Notes under the pieces: generated by a model
Told to the model about the DNA's origin: nothing
Databases searched by the model: none
The model's input: only the letters and a program-made list of their open reading frames with translations
Translations under genes and position numbers: made by a program
NCBI GenBank assembly: GCA_937959315.1
Contig: CALGRC010000003.1
Span: forward strand, 1 to 50,988
Length of the DNA stretch: 50,988 bases
Direction of reading: 5' to 3'
Source of the DNA: an uncultured Clostridia bacterium
GTDB lineage: Bacteria; Bacillota; Clostridia; UMGS1810
Part shown: piece after piece, positions 45,743 through 50,988 of the stretch
Position numbering within the stretch: the first letter of the stretch is position 1
Layout of the letters: each line of letters opens with the position of its first letter

Positions 45743-47593
45743 TTATACCACCCGTTTAAATTGCCGTTCCAATTCGGTTTTTTCCATTTTCACCATTATA
45801 GGCCTGCCGTGAGGGCAGGTATTGATGCCGGGCAGCGCCAGCACCCGCTCGCACAGCCGCTCCATCTCTGGTTTTGTTAAAATATGGTTGCCTTTAAGCG
45901 CCCGCTTGCAGGCCACGGTGTGCAGCGCCCGTTCTGCCAGCAGCCCGTCGGCGTCCTGCGCGTGGTCGCGCAACAGCGACGCCAGCTCGCCGACGACCTC
46001 TTTGATTTGGCTATCCTCCAGCGGCGCCGGCACAGCGCGCACAATGATTTGATCTGCGCCAAATTCGCCCAGGTCAAACCCGATGGCCGAAAAAAGCGGC
46101 AAATGCGCGCAGATAGCCTGGAAATCCAGCGGGTCCAGGCGCAGTGTGAGCGGCAGCAGCATGAGCTGGGAGCTGACCTGCCGGCTGTGGTATTCGGCCA
46201 GCAATTCTTCAAAGCACAGCCGCTCATGCGCGGCGTGCTGGTCAATCAGCAGCAGCGTATCGCCCTGCTGCACCAAAATATAGGTGCCAAATACCTGCCC
46301 GGCGACGGTAAAGTCGATGCCCGCCTGCGGGGTGTTTTCCGGCTGCTCCGGCTGCGGTTCCGGCATTTGCCCTGTCTGCGGATGCTCTGGGACGGCCGCA
46401 GCCTGGAAGTGTTCGTCGGTATTTTCCTGCAGCATGGCGGGCGGCGTTTGATAGCGCGCCACGGCGGACGGGATATACGGGGGTTCCTGCTCTGGATCGC
46501 GGATGGCCGGCTGCTCTGGCTTTGGCGCCGTCCGCCGGGCAATGAGCGGGATTTCCACCTGCGCCGGCGGCTGGTTTCCGGGGCCGCGCTTGAGTTCCGG
46601 GATATGCTTGGTTGCCGTAATGGCGTCCCGCACCGCCCAGCAAACGGCGTTGTACATTTTTTTGTCGTCTGAAAAGCGCACCTCCAGCTTGGCGGGGTGG
46701 ACATTGACATCCACAAACGACGGCGCGGTTGTGATGTGCAGCACGCACACCGGGAATTTGCCCGCCATCATGGCGTTTTTATAGCCCTCGCCCACCGCCG
46801 CCGACAGGGTGCGGCTGACAATGGTGCGGCCGTTTAGGAAAAACAGCTGGTGCCGCCGGTCCCGCCGGGCGAGCGAAAAGCTGCCCACATAGCCGGTTAT
46901 GGAAATGTGTTCCTCCTCCAAATGGACCGGAAGCATGTTCTGCGCGTATTCCCGGCCTAAAACAATGTGGATGGCGGACAGCAAATCGCCGTCGCCGGGG
47001 CTTTGCAGCACTGTTTTGCCATTGCTGATATATTGGAAGGATATCTCTGGGTGGCACAATATGCATTTGCCCACCAAATCGGTCACATGGCCGGTTTCTG
47101 CCGCGTCTGATTTTAAAAATTTCATGCGCGCCGGCGTGTTGAAAAAGAGGCTGCGCACAATCATGGTAGTGCCGGTTGGGCAGCCGGCTTCGGTGTGTTC
47201 CACAAGGTCGCCGCCTTCCAATACCACCGCAGTGCCGGCGGTTTCGTCCGCCGTCCGGGTGAGCGCTTCCACATGGGCCACCGCCGCAATGCTGGCCAGC
47301 GCTTCGCCGCGGAAGCCCAGCGTACAGATTTGGCCCAAATCACTGCCGGTGGAAATTTTGCTGGTAGCGTGCCGCAAAAACGCGGTTTTTACCTCGGCTG
47401 CCGGAATGCCGCAGCCGTCGTCGGTAACGCGGATATACGACATGCCGCCCTTTTTGAGTTCGATGGCAATGCGGGCTGCGCCCGCATCGATGGCGTTTTC
47501 AATGAGCTCCTTGACCACAGAAGCGGGCCGCTCCACCACCTCGCCGGCTGCAATCAGGTTGGCGGTGTGCTTGTCCAATACTTTAATTGCCAT
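45743..47593 (-). CDS. mutL: DNA mismatch repair endonuclease MutL
   Basis: The GHKL N-terminus (IAAGEVVERPASVVKELIENAIDAG) and the C-terminal endonuclease motif DQHAAHERLCFEEL are present. 616 aa. Confidence 0.95.
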   Translation of the reverse strand: MAIKVLDKHTANLIAAGEVVERPASVVKELIENAIDAGAARIAIELKKGGMSYIRVTDDGCGIPAAEVKTAFLRHATSKISTGSDLGQICTLGFRGEALASIAAVAHVEALTRTADETAGTAVVLEGGDLVEHTEAGCPTGTTMIVRSLFFNTPARMKFLKSDAAETGHVTDLVGKCILCHPEISFQYISNGKTVLQSPGDGDLLSAIHIVLGREYAQNMLPVHLEEEHISITGYVGSFSLARRDRRHQLFFLNGRTIVSRTLSAAVGEGYKNAMMAGKFPVCVLHITTAPSFVDVNVHPAKLEVRFSDDKKMYNAVCWAVRDAITATKHIPELKRGPGNQPPAQVEIPLIARRTAPKPEQPAIRDPEQEPPYIPSAVARYQTPPAMLQENTDEHFQAAAVPEHPQTGQMPEPQPEQPENTPQAGIDFTVAGQVFGTYILVQQGDTLLLIDQHAAHERLCFEELLAEYHSRQVSSQLMLLPLTLRLDPLDFQAICAHLPLFSAIGFDLGEFGADQIIVRAVPAPLEDSQIKEVVGELASLLRDHAQDADGLLAERALHTVACKRALKGNHILTKPEMERLCERVLALPGINTCPHGRPIMVKMEKTELERQFKRVV

Positions 47594-50201
47594 TGCCGGA
47601 CACCTCCTTTGCCAGCGTTTGCAGCTCTAGCAGCTTGTTCATGGCTTCGATGGGGGATATGGTGTTGATATCCAGTGCGCAAAGCCTGTCAATGACCGGC
47701 TGCGCTGCGCTGGCCGGAAGGGTTGGCTGCGCCGCAGGCGCCGGGATATCGGCACTGCGGGGCACCGATTCCTTTTGCTCAATGGCGGCGAGCACTTCTT
47801 TGGCGCGCTGGATAACCTCTTCCGGTACGCCCGCCAGTTTGGCCACTTCAATGCCGTAGCTGTCGTCGGTGCCGCCCGGGATAATTTTGCGCAGGAAAAT
47901 GATGTCTTCCCCCCGCCGCCGCACGGCGACCGCGTAGTTTTTCAAACCTGCAACCCGCCCTTCCAAGGCGGTCAGTTCGTGGTAGTGGGTGGCAAACAGC
48001 GTTTTGGCGCCCACCTTTTGCGGGTCGCTTAAATATTCAGTGACCGCCCAGGCGATGGAAAGCCCGTCAAAAGTGCTGGTGCCGCGGCCAATTTCGTCTA
48101 AGATAACCAGCGAGCGGGCGGTGGCGTTTTTTAAAATATTGGCCACCTCGGTCATTTCCACCATAAAGGTGGACTGCCCGGCCGCCAAATCATCCGATGC
48201 GCCCACGCGGGTGAAAATACGGTCTACCACGCCGATGTGCGCGGTTTTTGCCGGCACAAAGGAACCCGCCTGCGCCATGAGCACGATGAGCGCCGTCTGC
48301 CGCATATAAGTGGATTTCCCCGCCATATTTGGCCCGGTGATGAGCGCAAACCGGTCGGTAGAGCAGTTTAAGCGGGTGTCGTTTGGCACAAAAAAGCTGT
48401 CCCGCAGCGCCAGCTCCACCGTCGGATGGCGGCCTTCGGTGATGGCAATGCCGTCCCCGTTGTCCACTTCCGGCCGCACATAGCCGTTTGCCGCAGCAAC
48501 TGTCGCAAAGGAAGCGAGCACATCTAGCTGGGCAATCAGCTTGGCGGTCTTTTGCAGCCGCGAAAGGGCGTCGCCCACCCGGCCGCGCACATAGGCAAAG
48601 TCCTCGTATTCTATGGCCTCCACCCGGTCTTTGGCGCCCAGCACCGCGTTTTCCACATCCTTGAGCTCCTGGGTGATAAACCGTTCGCAGTTGGCCAGCG
48701 TCTGTTTGCGGATGTAATCGGGCGGGACGCGGGATAGGTTGGATTTAGAAACTTCTATGTAATAGCCGAATACCTTGTTGTAGCCGATTTTTAGCTGCTT
48801 GATGCCGGTTTTTTCCCGCTCCTGCGCTTCGATACGGGCAATGGTGCCGGTGCCTGCGTCCATAGAGGCGCGGATGCGGTCCAGTTCAGTATCAAACCCC
48901 TCGCGGATCATGCCGCCTTCCCGCACGGTGAGCGGCGGGGTGTCCACAAAAGCGGTCAAAATGAGCGTTTTGATATCGTCTGCGACGTCCAGTTCGTACA
49001 AGATGGCGCGCAGTTGTTCGCTTTTGCAGGGTTCCAGAAGGGAACACACCTCCGGAAGCTGCGCAAGGCTTAAACCCAGGCTGAGCAAATCGCGCGCGTT
49101 GCAGGTGCCGTACACCGCTTTGGACAGCAGCCGCTCCATGTCAGAAATCTGCTTGAGCCGCTCTGTTACCTGCCCGCGCAGGTCGAGGTTTTCCAAAAGT
49201 TCCTGTACGGCGTCCAGCCGACGGTTGATTTTTTCGGTATCGACAAGCGGCTGTTCCAACCATTTGCGCAAAAGGCGTGCGCCCATGGCGGTCTTGGTCT
49301 TGTCCAGCACCCCCAAAAGCGAACCGCGCTTGGATTTGTCCCGTATGGTGGCGGTCAGCTCCAAATTGCGGCGGGAGGATAAATCGATATCCATAAATTC
49401 GTTTTTCAAATAAAAATTGACGGAGGATATATGTTTCAGGTCAATTTTCTGCGTGGATTCTAAATATTGCAGCGCCGCGCCCAGCGCGCGGACGCACGGC
49501 TGGTGGCGGGAAAAGGAAAGGGCGCCGGTATCCAGCTTTTTTTCATTGATACGCCGGCAGGCGGCTTCAAAATCAAAGTCGGCCTGCGGGACAAAGCTTT
49601 CGTAAAAGTCAAACCGGTTCTTCATGTCGGCAAACAGTGCCGCATAGGGGGCGGCGCCGTCGTTGATGATGACTTCGGCTGGTTTAAAGCAGGCCAGCGT
49701 GTTGGCAAGCTCGTTATCGGCGGCGCTGTTTTCGCCCATGGTGGCAAACAAGTCGCCGGTGGATACGTCTGCAAATGCCACGCCAAAGGATACGCCGTCA
49801 AAATATACGGCGGCCAGGTAGGTATTTTCCCCCTCCGCCAAAATGGAGTCGATGTTGGCAGTGCCGGGGGTGATGATACGCACCACGTCCCGCTGCACCA
49901 GCCCTTTGGCGTTTTTGGGGTCTTCCACCTGCTCGCATATGGCCACCTTGAAGCCGTTTTCCACCAGCTTGGCAATGTAACTTTGCGCACTGTGGTAAGG
50001 CACGCCGCACATGGGGGCGCGCTCGTCAGTGCCGCAGTCTTTGCCGGTCAGCGCAATTTCCAGTATTTCTGACGCGGTGACGGCGTCGTCGTAAAACATT
50101 TCATAGAAATCGCCCAGCCGGAAAAACAGGATGCAGTCGCTGTATTCGGTTTTGATACGCTGGTATTGCTTCATCATGGGGGTGACGGGTGGTTCCATCA
50201 T
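47583..50201 (-). CDS. mutS: DNA mismatch repair protein MutS
   Basis: TPMMKQYQRIK, the mismatch-binding FYEMFYDDA, Walker A GPNMAGKSTYMRQ and DEIGRGTSTFDG are present. 872 aa. It overlaps the mutL start by 11 nt. Confidence 0.96.
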   Translation of the reverse strand: MMEPPVTPMMKQYQRIKTEYSDCILFFRLGDFYEMFYDDAVTASEILEIALTGKDCGTDERAPMCGVPYHSAQSYIAKLVENGFKVAICEQVEDPKNAKGLVQRDVVRIITPGTANIDSILAEGENTYLAAVYFDGVSFGVAFADVSTGDLFATMGENSAADNELANTLACFKPAEVIINDGAAPYAALFADMKNRFDFYESFVPQADFDFEAACRRINEKKLDTGALSFSRHQPCVRALGAALQYLESTQKIDLKHISSVNFYLKNEFMDIDLSSRRNLELTATIRDKSKRGSLLGVLDKTKTAMGARLLRKWLEQPLVDTEKINRRLDAVQELLENLDLRGQVTERLKQISDMERLLSKAVYGTCNARDLLSLGLSLAQLPEVCSLLEPCKSEQLRAILYELDVADDIKTLILTAFVDTPPLTVREGGMIREGFDTELDRIRASMDAGTGTIARIEAQEREKTGIKQLKIGYNKVFGYYIEVSKSNLSRVPPDYIRKQTLANCERFITQELKDVENAVLGAKDRVEAIEYEDFAYVRGRVGDALSRLQKTAKLIAQLDVLASFATVAAANGYVRPEVDNGDGIAITEGRHPTVELALRDSFFVPNDTRLNCSTDRFALITGPNMAGKSTYMRQTALIVLMAQAGSFVPAKTAHIGVVDRIFTRVGASDDLAAGQSTFMVEMTEVANILKNATARSLVILDEIGRGTSTFDGLSIAWAVTEYLSDPQKVGAKTLFATHYHELTALEGRVAGLKNYAVAVRRRGEDIIFLRKIIPGGTDDSYGIEVAKLAGVPEEVIQRAKEVLAAIEQKESVPRSADIPAPAAQPTLPASAAQPVIDRLCALDINTISPIEAMNKLLELQTLAKEVSGNGN

Positions 50202-50237
50202 TGTGCCATGTCCTTTCTGCCAAAATTTTGCATTTTC

Positions 50238-50624
50238 TCAGTGGCAGCCGCTGCAGCCAGAGCAGTTGCCGCTGCAGCCGCCGCTGTTTCCCGAAATGAA
50301 ATAAGAGATGATATTGTTGACCTGCTGTACCAGGTTGGAAAACCGGTTTTGCGCGTCCAGGTAGTTTTTGATGCTTGTGTTTTGCAGCAGGCTGTCAAAC
50401 GACGCCTGCGCTTCGGCCTGGATAGCTTCCAGCTCTTCTTTGGTCACGCCGTCGGCCGCCGCCCGCTTTGCCAGATTGTCCTGCGTCACGCGGTAATCAG
50501 CCAAAAGCCTGCACGCCTCCTGGTCGCTCAGCTGGATATCCTCCGCTTCCTTGTAAGCCAGATATTCTTCGCTCTCAGAAAGCATAATCGCCAGTTCCCT
50601 TGCTTTATCCAATACGGTATCCAT
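50238..50624 (-). CDS. YlbF/YmcA (RicF/RicA) family protein with Cys-rich C-terminal tail
   Basis: 128 aa with the helical YlbF/YmcA-type pattern AIMLSESEEYLAYKEAEDI... and a tail GNSGGCSGNCSGCSGCH. It occupies the miaB-ymcA-mutS position, as in Bacillus. Confidence 0.7.
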   Translation of the reverse strand: MDTVLDKARELAIMLSESEEYLAYKEAEDIQLSDQEACRLLADYRVTQDNLAKRAAADGVTKEELEAIQAEAQASFDSLLQNTSIKNYLDAQNRFSNLVQQVNNIISYFISGNSGGCSGNCSGCSGCH

Positions 50625-50643
50625 GTGTATATACGCTCCTTTT

Positions 50644-50988
50644 TTATTCTGTCTGTTCGCCTTCCAGCGACCAGGTTTTGGCCTGTGTAATGGCGACGCT
50701 TACCAAAAGCCACGCCTTAACAGGCAGCCGGCAGCTAAAATTGACAACCTTGCAGACTTCGGTGCGGCCGGTCATCACCGCTGGGTTGGTTTTGCTTTCC
50801 CCCTCTGCCAGCACCGTTTGTACGCTGCCCAGATAGCCGTCGTTGATTTCCTTGGAAATGCGGTTTTGCACCTCCAGCAGGCGGTCAAAATTCGCCTTTT
50901 TCTCCGCGCCGGTCAAAACGTCCGGCATAGCGGCCGCCGGCGTGCCGCTCCGCTTGGAGTAGATAAACGAAAAAATGCTGTCATAGCG
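50644..50988 (-). CDS. miaB: tRNA (N6-isopentenyl-A37) methylthiotransferase MiaB, 3' portion (continues beyond window)
   Basis: The ORF is open to the window edge. RYDSIFSFIYSKRSGTPAAAM is followed by a TRAM-domain end, GSVQTVLAEGESK..VMTGRTEVCKVVNF. Confidence 0.85.
   Translation of the reverse strand, partial: RYDSIFSFIYSKRSGTPAAAMPDVLTGAEKKANFDRLLEVQNRISKEINDGYLGSVQTVLAEGESKTNPAVMTGRTEVCKVVNFSCRLPVKAWLLVSVAITQAKTWSLEGEQTE

Overview
This window is the chromosomal replication-origin neighbourhood of a spore-forming Firmicute. Class Clostridia, possibly Oscillospiraceae/Ruminococcaceae-like, is an inference from gene content and roughly 55-60% GC; no search was run. It is almost entirely housekeeping. 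Going left to right: an EF-G paralogue, a MATE pump, spmAB, metG-tatD, an FMN-riboswitch-controlled ribU, murA, rpmH-rnpA-yidD-yidC-jag-mnmE-mnmG, a bipartite oriC flanking dnaA, dnaN-yaaA-recF-remB-gyrB-gyrA, ssrA (tmRNA), serS, parB-parA-noc-rsmG with two parS sites, ileS, divIVA-ylmH-sepF-ylmE, hfq-miaA-mutL-mutS, a YlbF/YmcA-like gene and the 3' end of miaB. I found no transposase, integrase, CRISPR array, prophage remnant or recognisable defence or toxin operon, so I cannot point to a novel multi-gene system. The unusual observations are: (1) dnaA is frame-broken in its DNA-binding domain by a diverged 47-nt tandem copy of its own sequence. (2) The first ORF looks like a sugar-isomerase C-terminus spliced onto EF-G domains III-V. 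(3) Gene polarity converges near 26.5 kb rather than diverging from the oriC signature at 17-19 kb, and the rpmH..mnmG and rsmG-noc-parAB blocks are rearranged relative to the usual Firmicute layout. (4) A leaderless SpaA/Cna-B-fold repeat protein has 8 Cys in its first 24 residues. Items 1-3 could share one trivial cause, a mosaic or mis-assembled contig, and should be checked against reads first. RNA and regulatory elements invisible to the ORF track are also listed: rpmH, tmRNA, the FMN riboswitch, DnaA boxes, DnaA-trios, parS sites, promoters and terminators.
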